Shown here: positions 1-12,781 of the stretch, piece after piece
Layout of the letters: each line of letters begins with the position of its first letter
How positions within the stretch are numbered: position 1 is the first letter of the stretch
Assembly: GCF_000143415.4 (NCBI RefSeq)
Contig: NW_003314282.1
Span: 1,941,374 to 2,005,373 of the forward strand
Origin: Selaginella moellendorffii
Lineage: Eukaryota; Plantae; Lycopodiophyta
DNA: 64,000 nt
Reading direction: 5' to 3'
Notes under the pieces: generated by a model
What the model was told of the DNA's origin: nothing
The model's input: only the letters and a program-made list of their open reading frames with translations
Database searches by the model: none
Program-made: the position numbers and the translations under genes

Positions 1-1443
1 AATGAATCTCTTGCGAGGCTGTAACCTCATTCGCTGCGGCGAAATCGTGTGGCTTTCCCACAGGTATATTTTCGCATGCGAGAAAAGAAAGGATGGCGCT
101 TCTTTGCCAGCTCTTTAGGCTCCTGTGAATTTACCAGCTTTAGTTCCAGAGAAGGAACGAGAAAAACTTACTTTGCATCGAGATGTGCCATGACTTTTCC
201 ACCAGGGAACGCGGCCTGTGTCTTCCGAAATGACTCTCTAATCGCGTCCTTCCAAGTCCCAGTTACGTGTAAGAACAGCTCCTCGTTCGCATTCTTCTTT
301 GTTTCAGCCGATGGTTCGTCCATTGGCAACGAGTAGCCGGACAAAAGATGGCCGACCCAGCTTCCTGTGTTTCTGAAAGCAAGACTTAGAACTATCATCA
401 ACCGGAAAGCTTGCAAAGCTTTACTCGATCACATCCATGTGTCGAGGAACATAGTGACCGCCTCCAAGCCCAAGTAGAACATTCTCGCCGTGATGTGCTC
501 TACAAGAAGTAAACATGCCGAGGTTATGATAAAGCATGCACAAGCTTGAACTTTCGCACCAGAAAGCTTACTCGGTCCATTTGCCGACCTCGGTTCCTCC
601 ATCGAGTCCCAAACCTTGCCAAAAAACCTGAAGAAAGGATTGCATATAGCTGTTGAGGAAATACAAAAGATACAAACTGTTGCAATCGCCTGTGCCGCGT
701 CTAGCCTGCTCCAATATCCATCCGAGCTCCCTTGAAATGTTTCCAAGTAGACAGTCGATGAATGAAACAGGAAATAAAGTGCTTACCGATCTCGACAAAC
801 ATCGCTGGAGCGTCGACCTCAGGCCCATGGTGCGTTGCCTCAAGCGTAATCTGTGGTAGTTCTGCGAAGTTAAAAACTTGTGAGAACACAAGCATAGGTA
901 GCTCGTACCTCAAACTCGGGAACAAGTTCGTGTTTAACAGCAACTTCTTTCAAGAGTCGCAACCAAGGTGCAATTCTGGGACAAGGCGGTGATGCAAATC
1001 CCGGCTTTCCGCCTGCTAGAGGTTTCTCGCTCGGTAGCATGTGTGGAACACCTTCGAAAAAAGTAACAGTGTTGAGAAACAAAGAGAAAGAACGGTGAAG
1101 TTTTACCAATTGGATGAACTGTTAAGGATGGTTTTCCTGAAACAGCAGCGTGTTTGCTCATGAAGATTATCTCTGTGACGTGCTCGCCAGAGTGTGATTC
1201 CCAACGATGATCGAGATTGTCTTCGCCCACAATTGAGCCTGTCAATTGCAGCAGTCTCACATTTCCCATAGCGAAGTTCTTAAAGCCCTGGACAAAAAAT
1301 TCTCAGCAAAGAGAAAAGCGACTTGGGTTGGATACCTGCAATGGGCGGCCTTGCGTCCATGAGTTTGGCGCAAAGGAGAGCAAAGCGGAGGCTGGATTGA
1401 TCGAGGCGGGATCAGTTGTCGTCGCCACAAGCAAAGTCACCAT
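1..1443 (-). CDS. GEK1: D-aminoacyl-tRNA deacylase (GEK1/DTD2 family), multi-exon, last codons beyond window start
   Basis: Spliced translation: MVTLLVATTTDPASINPA..., IFMSKHAAVSGKPSLTVHPIG, ITLEATHHGP, APAMFVEIG, VLLGLGGGHY, WVGHLLSGYSLPM, SLKSWQRSAILSFLACENIPVGKPHDF. ATG at 1443-1441. Confidence 0.9.
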
Positions 1444-1526
1444 TCTTTTCATTCAAATGCCCTGATTCGCAGAACAAAAAGAAGGAGAGAAAGACTTAAA
1501 ACAAGGGTGGCATTCAAGTAAAAGAG

Positions 1527-2922
1527 TTACTCGATAGCTTCCCGATTGACACTCGATCTGTATGCGGTCTCGTCTTGAATAATATGAGGAATTGTCCAGC
1601 ATCCAAGAAGGTGTTTCGAGTTGCTTCCACCTTTGAAAAAGAAAAGAGTCAAAACTACGCTAGCGCAAAAAATTTCTGTGTTACCTTCTTTTACCGCTTC
1701 TTCGCAGCGCTTCTGGTAGCGAGCCGCCAGCCCTGGTTCAAGCTGCTTCACCAGATTCTCGTACTCTCGCTCGACCTCAGATATCAAACTTGCCTGGCGG
1801 AAACAAGTTAGAAAATCTTTTTAAAAGAATGAGAAAAGGAAATCTCACAAGCTTTGCTGGAGCTGTCTTTGCACCATACAAGCTGACAAACATTCGCAGA
1901 ATGTTGAAGCTGTTGTCAACAACGTCTTCCTGAGAAATGCTGTGTTCAAACTAAGTCTTCTAAAAGCACACTTTTTACCTCGTAGTCGTATCTGTTCGTC
2001 CAGCAAACAAACACAGTGAGGCCAAGCGAACTTAATATCCAGAGCAAGCTTACATACAGGTCGTCTGAAATTTCCACGAGCAATTCCGATGTTTTCAGAA
2101 AGTTGAAATGGACTTCGTTTACCTGAAGAGGAGAAAAGGCTATCTAGTGAAGACGAAGGAAGTCGACTATCTTACCTCTTCGTCTCTTAGCCGGTAGAGC
2201 AAAAGATTCAAAACGCGATAGTCGAAAGACTTGAGGCGCACAGCTCGCAAAACATCTGAAGCTGAAATCTAGGAGAGGCTGCCGTGTCAGTAGCAAAAAT
2301 ATCCACGAAAAACAAACGCAAACAACCTCGGAAGAGGAGCTCGAAGAGAGCGCCTTGCAAAGAGTGCGCTCCAACAGCCAGTACTCAACTCCATCTTCCA
2401 ACTCCTTCTCAATCCTAGAAAAGAAAAGGAAAAAAAAAAAACGCTACAAATCTCGCATCTGTTTTTCCTTCGTACAAACCTCTCAGTAAGAAGATTTTTG
2501 TTCATGAGAACTTGTCGCAATGCCAGGAAAGGATCAGCTCCTAAAGCACCATCACCTGATACTGAGAACTTGCTTAGGAATCTTAGAAGAGGAAGCTAAA
2601 CTGCGTTACTCACATTGGATCGCATTCTCATTCTGATCGTCCAGCTGCAATAGATAGATCTTAGAACCAGAGCAAGGAGATTCACAAGAAGACGAGGAAA
2701 GAACTAAAATACCTGGTAAATAAAAGCCTCGACAAACATAAGAATTGGCAAGTGCTTGAAAACATGGCGCTCGTCCAATCCATGGAACATGAAATAAGAT
2801 CTGCACTGTAAGAGACAAGATTCCAGCGTTTGCTCATAGGATTCAAGCTGCGCACTTACAAAATCTTCCAGTGTGGAACGAGCGCGCTCCATCGCTCCAA
2901 GGGATACCTGGGCCATTTGCAT
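1527..2922 (-). CDS. Conserved plant protein of unknown function with aspartate-rich DDLYDYEEDV motif, multi-exon
   Basis: Exons encode TLEDF, SYFMFHGLD..VFKHLPILMFVEAFIYQ, GVEYWLLERTLC, VHFNFLKTSELLVEISDDL/YDYE/EDVVDNSFNILRMF and WTIPHIIQDE, with canonical GT-AG introns. Start codon uncertain (2922 or 2916). Confidence 0.7.
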
Positions 2923-3097
2923 AAAACCCTAGACTATGAAGAAGAAGATGAAGTGGAAGCACCGCTCAAGTTGTTAATGCTTTATCTCTTGAATTGCGTT
3001 CTTCCGGCTTCAAGCGAAGGTGTTTCCATTTGTTTGGGATCCTTTCCTTCCCTCACTTAGAAATGAAGAGCGCGAATGTTTTTTGAAAATTTCCTAT

Positions 3098-3606
3098 TGA
3101 CTGACTCTATTGTCGAAGACGATCTCGACCATCTTTGAAAGTCACACTGTGGCGAGCGTGAGACGACGGAGATTGTCTTTATGAGCAAACACACTGCTGT
3201 TTCAGTCAAACTATCTCTAACAGTTCATCCAGTTGGTAAGCTTCACTTTTCTTGCTCGTTAGTCTCAAAAGCTTAACTTTTTTCGAAGACGACCGAGCGA
3301 AAAGCCTCTTGTTGCCGTCAAGCATGCTAATATTTCTCGTTAAGTTTCAGAAATACAGAAAAAGATTACGCTTGAAGGCCGGAAATTGGGAGTTTGTATC
3401 TCGTCTATTTGGTCAACAATTTTCTGTTTTTTTTTTTTTCCACGTATTTTGGGACTGAAGGAAGGAAGCTTTCTGGTGCGAACATCCAAACTTGTGCAAT
3501 TCTTATCATAATTTTAGCAATTTCCTGGTCTCACAAGAGCTTGCAAAGAAGTGTCAGCCTTTCTTTAATCGCAACGAAAATATCTGTTGGGAAGCCACAC
3601 GATTAA
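3098..3606 (+). pseudogene. Inverted, internally deleted GEK1 duplicate, copy A
   Basis: 3098-3240 mirrors GEK1 exon 2 (GATCTCGACCAT...TTTATGAGCAAACAC...ACAGTTCATCCAGTTGGTAAG). 3365 ATTACGCTTGA matches the ITLE exon. 3535-3606 encodes KSLQRS...ISVGKPHD*, matching the last exon. Contains stops and deletions. Confidence 0.8.
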
Positions 3607-4478
3607 AAGTCTCTAGGAGCCATTTCAGTCAAACCCACTGCTGTGAGAGATTTTACGATTATACGTGGAAGGTGGCACACCTCGCAGAGGAGATTTAATT
3701 CGCGTAAGCTTATCCATTCCAGAAAACGGTGTTTCACGTACATATCCCAGATTACGGGGAGACGCAGCCTTAGGATAAATACTCGTGTTTCACCATAAGA
3801 GAGTAGCTTCTTCTTCTTCTTTCTTGCTTGATCCATCCCAACGATGAGGATGATCCTTCGATTGAACTGCAGTCTCCTTACTTTTGGTTGAGAGCCAGAA
3901 ACAGAAGGGGACCCCAAGAAGATCTCAGCCCCCTTATAAGTAAGTTTTTTTGATCTGTAATTCCTTGCCCTCTTTGTTGTGCTGGAATTTTGCCATATCT
4001 CTCTAATGATACAACTCGTTTTCAGTGTGGTCCTGACTCCTGACGATCCAATCGACGAAGAAATGCACAGTTTTGTGAAAAATACACCGGTGCTGTTGAA
4101 TGGGTTTTTTGGTGCTTTTATAAGTTCCATAGCTAGCTCTCTTGATACAACAACTTACTTTCTGTTTTTCTTTTCCTCTTTCGTTGACGACTTATGGAGT
4201 TCTGGGCAGCACTTTTCTGGAAGCTCTACACAGTCCAACTCTCAGCTCGATCAAGAAGTGAAAACAAACATGAAACCAACTCTTCAACTTTCTCACGAAA
4301 ATCTGTTTGCTTTGTCTTCCAGGACCAAAACTGTAGCTCTTTACAGATCCATGTGCCAGAATTGGTCAGCAGGATTCTCACAAACGTGGAGTGGCACCTT
4401 GTCTTCACAAAAATATGATTCATATTGTCTATTTGGATGAAATTTGTTTAAATGAGCATTGTTTATTTGCTTGAGCTT
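3300..4478 (+). repeat. Segmental duplication block A (paralogous to 12250-14826)
   Basis: Long near-identical tracts: 3600-3856 with 12540-12795, 3858-4400 with 13507-14545, and 4426-4478 with 14774-14826. Confidence 0.9.
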
Positions 4479-4559
4479 CAGTTATTATGAATGGTGCTAA
4501 GTTAAATTTTTGACTTTATTTTTGGTATAGATTGGTTGTGGTATAATCATGCCAATGAA

Positions 4560-7500
4560 GTTTTTCCTTTTTGTCTTATATTTTTTCCATTCCTCTTACT
4601 TTTGTTCTTTTTCATCCTTTTTTTATACTTTTGTTTCCATCATTTTTGTCTTTTTATTATTTCTTTTATATTTCTATATTACTCTTTTATTCCCTCTTTA
4701 AATCCATCGGATAAATTTTTATTTTGCAATTGTTGATTGGCTCACAAAAGAAGTATTTTAATCTCTTTGAATTCATTTATCGTTTGGGGCCAAGATTACA
4801 ACACATTATCCTATTTCATGTTCAATTAAGGTTCTAGTCACTAAAAGAAATTAAAATTCTAATAAAAAAGATGTTGGTGAAAGGTGTTATTTAAAAGTCA
4901 TAAAGTCTTTAGATATGTCAACTTCATCTTGTTATAAAGCTTGATAGGAATATTTACTTTTGTATTGACTATCGGCTGTTAAATTAATTGACTATCTTAG
5001 ATATATATTTTATTCCTCATACCATTAATCTTCTAGATTGTCTAGAGAAGAAGTATTAATTCACAAAATTAGATCTTGTTTCTAGGTATTAACAAGTGTT
5101 AATAGCTGAGAATGATGTCCTCAATACTATTTTCGTACACTATTAAGTTTGTATAAATTCTTAGTGATACCATTCAAATTAAACAATGTTCTAACAACTT
5201 TTAAGTGGGTGATGAATAAGGTTTTTTGTGATATGCTAGAGATAACTATTAACTTTATTAATAATGTCTTGATGCACTTAGAAGGGATGTGGGAGGAGCA
5301 TATCTATAATGCTCAAAAGGTGTTAAATCCATTATGGGAAGTTAATTTACAGTTAAAGTGGTTGAAATGTGTATTTTAGTCTAAGGACATAACTTATTTT
5401 GCATACTGTATTTCTCATAAGGGTTTGTAAGTTAATCTTGATAAACGTGTAGCTATTTTAAAGTTTCTTACTTCGAAGTATGTGAATGATGTGTAACACT
5501 TTCTGAGCAAGGTGCAATATCTCAATTATTTTGTTGATCATCTTTTTTATCGCATTGCATCATTGTGAGCATTGCTGAAGTCATCAAAATTATCTTTCAT
5601 TTGGTTTAAATACTGTGAATAAGCATTTATAGATCTCAAAAAGCTATTGATAACTCTTCCAATTTTAGTGTGTCTTGACTATATTTGACTATTCATTTTG
5701 CATGTGAATGCTTCAGATATCAATGTTGAGGGTGTCTTAATGGAAGAAAGTACTAATGTGCCTGGTTAACATCACCCCATTGCGTATACTAGCTATACAT
5801 TACAATTAGCAAAGGTGAACTAATCCACAATAGAGGAGTGTTTAGTAGTAATTTAGGGTTTTGATAAGTTTTATATTCTCAAACATTGCTTAAAAGTGAT
5901 CATGTTGCGGTTACTTCATTATGAAAGTAGATGGTTATATTGTTCGGTGGGTTTTGAAACTTTAAATATATAATTTCGAGGTTATTTATCACCTAAGGAG
6001 TTCTATAGTTGATAAAAATACCCTTTTTTGAACTTTTCTTCCTTCTTTGCTCTTTTCTCCTATTCCTAAAAAACTTGTTGTTCTAGCATCTATAAATTCA
6101 ACACAAAGATTCCATGTTATCAAAGGTTATATTTGATATTTAATGTCCATAAGGTGTGGAGTAAGATTTACTTTCTCTTATCGAGGTCTATAAGTTTAAA
6201 AGGTTAAATCGTGGATTTATAGGCTTTGTGAGAGGTTTGAGAATCTTACATTATTTGTTGATGACTTGCCACTTTGGCATATATATTCTTAATACTGCTT
6301 TGAGGTCAACCTTTTTTATTTTGTTGGGACTGATCTTGATGATCATTTATGGTTAGTGGTACCTTTGATATTTATTCCATGTTTTCTCCATATTTATTAT
6401 GACTTTTCTATTCTAGATAGGCATATGGGACATTTATCTGTGACTAATAAACTATGTAGATCTTTCTATTAGCCAAAGATGCAATATGATGTTATTTGAA
6501 ATATGCATAATTATGTTTGGTGCCAAGCCCATCATATTTCTATTTATGCTATGGAAAGATGGTTGGAGTCAATTACAAGTTTTTATCTATTTGAGTTGGT
6601 AACGTTTAATATGATAGAGCCTTTTCTACGGCTGACTATTGATAATGAGTATGTCATTATTGCTTTTGACCACTTAACTCATTAGGTGGAAGTTGATACT
6701 CTTGCTAGTACATTAGTAATTACTATTGAGTATTTCCTCCTCAATTGAATGGTATTTTAACATTCCTATTTGAAACAAATTCCTTCAGATAATGGTCTAG
6801 GAATAATTATGAAATATGTGAACTTTTAGTATTCAGATTGGGATGGTTATTTATTGCCTTACATATGTATATCACAAAGGTATAGAGTTTTATTGGTGCT
6901 TCACCATATAAATTTTTATATGGTGATAATCTGATATTACCAACAAAGTTAAGTTCAAACAATTTGTTTAAACCTTCAAAAGGATGATGGCAAGGTATGT
7001 GAACTTTTAGTATTCGGATTGGGATGGTTATTTACCATCTCTTTAATATACATATGTCAAAGTGGTACAAAGTCTACTAGCGTTTCACTATATAAACTTC
7101 TATATAGGCATGATCTAATATTGGCAATAAAGTTGAGTTTACATTAATGATTACCACAAGTTGCCAATGTTATATCTTGGGATCAATATTTAACAAGCAT
7201 TCTTCCATTTGTCCAAGGAAAGCCTATTAAACACTTAGGTCGTGTACAAGTGGAACAATAACGGTGCTGCAACTCTTATTATCATCCAAATGCAGAATAT
7301 AAAGTAGATGACTTAGTGATAATCTATCTTCCCTATCTTATAGTACATAGTTTGTCTAAGGAGCTCTTTGATCAATAGAAAGAACCATATCAAATATTGC
7401 AACAATAGGCCCATCCTCTAGAAACTATGTATGTGCAATAATTAAAATGCTTTATACAAAGGGATCAAGAACAACTGACACTATTTACAAATCCACCACT

Positions 7501-7710
7501 AATGTTCCTTTAAATCTTAGCCCATTCACTTCCATCCTTCCAAAAAGAGGGGATGATATGAAGTCGCCTATAATATTGTATATTAATAATAGTGTAATGG
7601 GATTTTGATAGCTATTTAGTTGGTTTGAATTTAGACCACTCACTCTTGAATATAAGTTAGGGTTTTTGGGCTAATGAATATACACATTTCTATATTCCCA
7701 CTCATAATAC
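4560..7710 (+). mobile_element. Heavily decayed Ty3/gypsy LTR retrotransposon (RT-RH-INT, PPT, 3' LTR), same family as 42859-47866
   Basis: Colinear with the intact copy: KLDLvsgy.., YKFLVIPFKLNNV, NEYVIIAFDHLT. PPT-like AAAAAGAGGGGATGA at about 7543. LTR remnant at 7558-7705. Many stops. Integrase segment duplicated at about 6800-6960 and 6975-7140. Confidence 0.85.
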
Positions 7711-7784
7711 TAAAATAAATAATATGTTTAAAATAGTTTATATTAATAAACCCGCTTACTTAATAAGCTAGACACGCAAACACT

Positions 7785-8230
7785 AGCTACCACGAAGATG
7801 GAAGGCCAAATACTCTCCTCCACCATATGTGAGCATGAGGCCCAAGTAAGAAATCACTTGGCTTCCTATTCATTAAATGGCTAGGTGCATCTGCCATCCA
7901 CAAACTTCTTACTAAAGAACTCATCCAAGGAAGCCAATTATGGCCTCTAGGAAATAGCTCTTTGTTGTAGACTCCCACTTGGTGAGTTTATGAGTATGGT
8001 TGATGATGATAACTGGCTTGATGGACTTGAGTTGAGATGGTGCAACCATGCATGAAAGTTGTTTATGATCCCTTAAATCATGTTCAATACTTTCCCATAA
8101 CAATTTAATGCCTTGAGCAAGCTTCCATGATAGAGCTCCCATCACACTTGTGTCCTTCATGAAAGACTAGAGTATACTCTAGATGCACTGTTTGCCATGA
8201 GATGTCAATGATAACCCCACAGAATTTGAG
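7785..8230 (-). pseudogene. Decayed inverted copy of the P-loop ATPase at 9647-10922
   Basis: DTSVMGALSWKLAQGIKLLWESI...KPVIIINHTHKLTKWES aligns with DASVMGVPAGEIAQGIKSFWESI...KPVIIFDEANKLAKWEG. DNA TGGCTTCCTTGGATGAGTTCTT and TTTGGCCTTCCATCTT match the long copy. Confidence 0.8.
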
Positions 8231-8894
8231 TTCCATAGCAACTTTCTTGAATCCAAGAGCATAGTGATTTGTCAAGACATAATGTACTTTATCTATATAT
8301 AGTTTTAAATATAAATATGACTTATGATATATATATATACACACACACATACATGTGTGTACTTTTATTTTATCACCAAGATTAAATACCTATTAAGGTC
8401 TCTTCCATCTGATAGCTATGCATATCATAAGACTTTTTATATTAAATTTATTCAATGTTTTTTAAAAAATAATATAATTTCTTAGAGATAATTTCACAAA
8501 TAAAAGTCTTCTACCTATAGTTGAAAATATTCTGTCTGAACAATATAAACCATCAGTAAAATTATATTGAATTTATAATTTCAAGACTATTATTATAGTT
8601 TTATTATTTAATAAATAAATAGATAAAATATTATAAAAGATAGATTATATTTGGAAGTTTGTATTATTTTTTACATAAGTATTACTAAATTTTTGTTATA
8701 CAAGAGTTATTTTTTTTCTTTAATTATTTTTTTCAGCTATAAATTTATATTAATCTAAAAAATAAAAATTATAATAGGTTAAAAATTATTATAAAAATAA
8801 TAAATTATAATTATAATAAAAATTATAAATTTCTTTTTTACATTCAAAACCTTTTTATAAGGGGTATATCATTGATAAAACCTAGGGACTCTGA

Positions 8895-9545
8895 CTAGAG
8901 GAACCAGTGATTGCACAGCATCTGTGATAAATGGCTCCTCGGGTTAGACACACATAACAGCAATAGCTGTGATCTGGAAGAACAAAAAGATACGTAGCAT
9001 GGATAGAAACGAGAGCTTTGAGAAGTTTTCAAGCCCTACCTATATCAATTTTTCATTGCGAACTGTCTGTTCAGCTTCAAATTGATGATCTCTACCATCT
9101 TGTTCCTGTCCTTGAGCCATGGCAATGCCTGGAAGAAGCCAGAAAATTAGTATTTTGCACGATCAAAGAAGGAAGTCTTGATATTGATTACCTGAGAGAC
9201 GAGAACTGCTCCTGGCAGTCATGTCCACAGGAACACGACCCGCAAGAAGCTCCAGCAGACAATACACATCCGATTTGGTCGTCAAAGTGTCCATGCAGTT
9301 AATGCATACCTGGAAGAAAAATGTGATGGTTTTTGAGAAAAGAACGCAAAGAGATGTTTTTTACATACTCAGGCGCTACGTAGCCTTGAGTTCCCAGGCC
9401 GGCTTTGTCCAAGCCCAGCTTTGCAAGGCCAAAGTCAGAAACTTTGGTGTTAAACTTGTCGGCAAGGAGGATGTTGCTGCTCTTGAAATCTCTGTGAATT
9501 ATGAGAGGGCTTACTATCTCATGCAAGTACTTTAGGCCTCGAGAG
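8895..9545 (-). pseudogene. C-terminal fragment of an RLK/RLCK (PBS1-like) Ser/Thr kinase
   Basis: [42 protein letters not shown] and HLTTKSDVY are present. The activation-loop segment is deleted, the N-lobe is absent, later exons have stops, and introns are retained. Confidence 0.8.
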
Positions 9546-9646
9546 CTACGTGGTCTACCACTGTTTCCTGTAAGATCACCAAAGTTGGAGCTCTAGGATC
9601 ATTTAATTAAAGTAGCATAAACTAAAATGTATAAGGGTTAGTGTAG

Positions 9647-10922
9647 ATGGGGGCTTGTCAATCCGTTACGAGCGCGGAGCTGGGGCAAAGCATCCGAAGT
9701 GTGGCGGGTGCGGTGCAGTCTTCCTACGGCTTCTTCAATCGCAAGGAGGAGCTGGAGAGGTTGGTCAGGATCCTGGATGCTGAGCCTTTACAAATCAATG
9801 TGCTCCTGGGTCCCAAGGATGCGGGAAAGTCGCTGTTACTGACGCATCTGCGTGAGCTCTGGAAAAGTTCCGCGGGCAGGAGCGCTTTGGCTCCGTTGGT
9901 CATCATCGACATGCGCATCAACGATTGCTCGTCTCCGGATGCCATGGCCGCTTTGCTGAGGACAGAATTGGGCGGCTGGCAGAAACAAGTCCGGGATTTA
10001 CTCGGGTCTCTGGGGGATGCGAGCGTGATGGGGGTTCCAGCTGGGGAGATCGCTCAAGGAATCAAATCTTTCTGGGAAAGTATTCAAGGCATCCGAGGGG
10101 CAGGACTTGTGGCGATCCAAGGGATCATCCAGAGATTTTTAGCTCAATACAAGTGCGTCAAGCCGGTTATCATCTTCGACGAGGCTAACAAGCTCGCCAA
10201 GTGGGAAGGCGGTCTACGACAAGGAGCTCGACGACTTGCTCGGTTTCATGGAGGGCATGACCAAGCAGACTGGGAGGGCTCATGTGGTCATGGCTTCCTC
10301 GGACGAGTTCTTCCGGTCGTGGCTGCGTAGGAAGTTCGCGGATGGCAAATTCAAGACAATAGGACTCGGCCTGTTTTGCGAAGATGAAGCCAAGCAGTTT
10401 TTCTCCGAGCACGTCGCACCAACTCTGGGCTTGAAGCTCCCGCAAGACTGGGAGGCGACTGTTTGGCCTTCCATCTTTGAGGCAGCTGGTGGAAGCCCGT
10501 ATCAATTGAAAACGCTGGCGCTCAACGCTTCTCTTGACAATGATGAGGACGCTACCAATCTAGTGGCGCAAGCCCAGGATCTCATAGACGTGGCAAGGGT
10601 GAACTTGGAGATGACTATGGGGCTTGGGGAAGGATGGACTCCAGCAGAGTTGACGGGGATCTTCAAGGCGATTGTGGAGGGTGGTGGTGCCGCGGCGTAC
10701 AGGACGGTGGTAGCCGAAGTTTTTGGTGGGCAGATCCACCACGGCAACAGAGTTGTGCACCAGCAGCTGGTGCGCAGCAATATCATCCATGTTCGCTTGC
10801 TTACCAAGGCTACTAAGTACAGAGACGTGCCTGCGCAGCACACTGCAACGGGTGAGTACCTCATGGCCACCAGTCCTGCGGCATATGCAGCCATGAAGCT
10901 GTGTTGTGATGTTTTAACATAA
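9647..10922 (+). CDS. Intronless P-loop ATPase of archaeal-ATPase/STAND type, with one frameshift near 10203-10210 (pseudogene or sequence error)
   Basis: FFNRKEELERL, Walker A VLLGPKDAGKS, Walker B VIIFDEAN, HVVMASSD and GGSPYQL (GxP-like). ORFs 9647..10330 and 10236..10922 join if 1 nt is removed. Confidence 0.75.
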
Positions 10923-12189
10923 TTGTTCTTTGTTTTCGTGTTCATACTTCCTTTCAACAAGTAATATGATAAGCATTTCTAGTAAGCGTTCCTAAGAGCT
11001 TTTCTAACGAGGAAAGAACTTTTTTTTTTCCCACAGGGTTATAGCAGTGTCAAACCTTGCACGCACTTATACTACGCCTGTGAATATTCCTTAGAATCTA
11101 ATGGCGCCCTACCCATTGTCACAACAAAGTAAAGACTAGAAAAGAAAATTGGCTTCAGGCAAGGCAAGTAAGTTCTTTTAATAATGTGCTCATCTATAGC
11201 TAGTTAATTATTGATCTAGCAAAGTATGTGTTAAAACACGTTTTGGAATGCTAGATTTCTTGATGCCACATGCTGCATTCAAGAGTTTTCCAAAGGATCA
11301 AATACCAGAAGTATGGAAGTTCAACCAATTGTAAGGACCATGGGCTAGGCAAAAATTCTCAACAGCTGTTGAAATAGTTGAAATATAGAGTACCACAACC
11401 AATAAAAACTGCTAGAAGGTTGTATAATTTGGCTTGTATAAACCCATCTTACATTGCCAACATTACCAAAGCTACTAATTGAAGGACCCTCTCATGGATA
11501 TAAAAAATCATGGATATCAATATGAAATCAAGTGGTAAACTCAACACTATATGGCTGTAGTAAAGTAGCAAATTTCACTTGAATGCCAAAATTTCTTTTG
11601 TAACTTTCTCTCAGAGTTTGTCAAAAGGCAAGTTTAAGCTAACTGTTTTGGTGAGCAAAAATGGGCTAGAACTATCCAATGTACACGGTTTATCATGCCA
11701 GGTAGATTGAAATAAGAGCATTATCCTTTCCTTGGTAGGCAATAAATTGTTTTTTATACTTTGCTGCATTAATCCTTTTTTTACACAGCTCCATGAATTC
11801 TTCTCCATAAAGGATTAAGGGTTTCCCAAATGGCATGGTGCTTTAAGGGATTTTACTCAATATATGAAATAGAGAAAGGCTCTAGGCCTATGGTTCTAGC
11901 TAATGGGGTTAAAGCTCACCCATGTGCTTTTGGGCACCAATATAAACCAACTTCCAGCACCAAGCCAAAACAAAAAGGAAAAGATATCAAAGGCAAAGAT
12001 GTAAAGGAGGATAGTTATGTGACTGGTGAAGAGTATCTGGATAAATCACACAGTCCATAAGATTGTGGCTCTTGTTCCTAGATAGATTAAAATTTAATTT
12101 TAAAAATCTATTACTCAATGTTAGTTATTTTAAAAATTGTTAAATTCTTATTATGATATTTAAATGTATTTTTTATGGTGGTTTATCTT

Positions 12190-12552
12190 AACATACTCAT
12201 GAAACTTGTCTGAATGGAAGGTTTGAAACTCATCAAACTCTGCTGTCAAGCATTCTCATGTTTCTTGTTAAGTTTCAGAAATACAGACAAAGATTATGCT
12301 CGAAGGCCGGAAATTGTTGAGATTAGGCCCTTCCTGGAGTTTGTATCTGTCTATTTGGTCAACGGTTTTATGAAACATCCGTTTTCTATTTTTCCAGGTC
12401 TTTTGGGACTGGTGCGAACATCCAAACTTGTGTTTCTTATCATAATGTTAGCAATTTCCTGGTCTCACAGGAGCCTGCAAAGAAGTGCCATCCTTTCTTT
12501 AATCGCAACAAAAATATATCTGTTGGGAAGCCACACGATTAAAAGTCTCTAG
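12190..12552 (+). pseudogene. Inverted, internally deleted GEK1 duplicate, copy B
   Basis: Same mosaic as copy A. Ends TCACAGGAGCCTGCAAAGAAGTGCCATCCTTTCTTT...GGGAAGCCACACGATT, matching the GEK1 last exon. Confidence 0.75.
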
Positions 12553-12781
12553 AAGCCATTTCGGTCAAGCCCACTGCTATGAGAGAACGGATTTTATGAT
12601 TATACGTGGAAGGTGGCACAACCTCGCAGAGGAGATTTAATTCGCTTAAGCTTATACATTCCAAAAACCGGTGTTTCACGTACGTATCCCAGATTACGGG
12701 GCGATGCAGCCTTAGGATAAATACTCGTGTTTCACCATAAGAGAGAGTAGCTTCTTCTTCTTTTTTCTTGCTCGATCCACG

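Noticed and set aside
4536-4736. Phe/Leu-rich membrane-protein-like ORF
   Set aside because: T-rich decayed retrotransposon PR-RT linker sequence.
11230-12060. Decayed coding-like tract downstream of the ATPase
   Set aside because: I could not assign any family from the broken frames.
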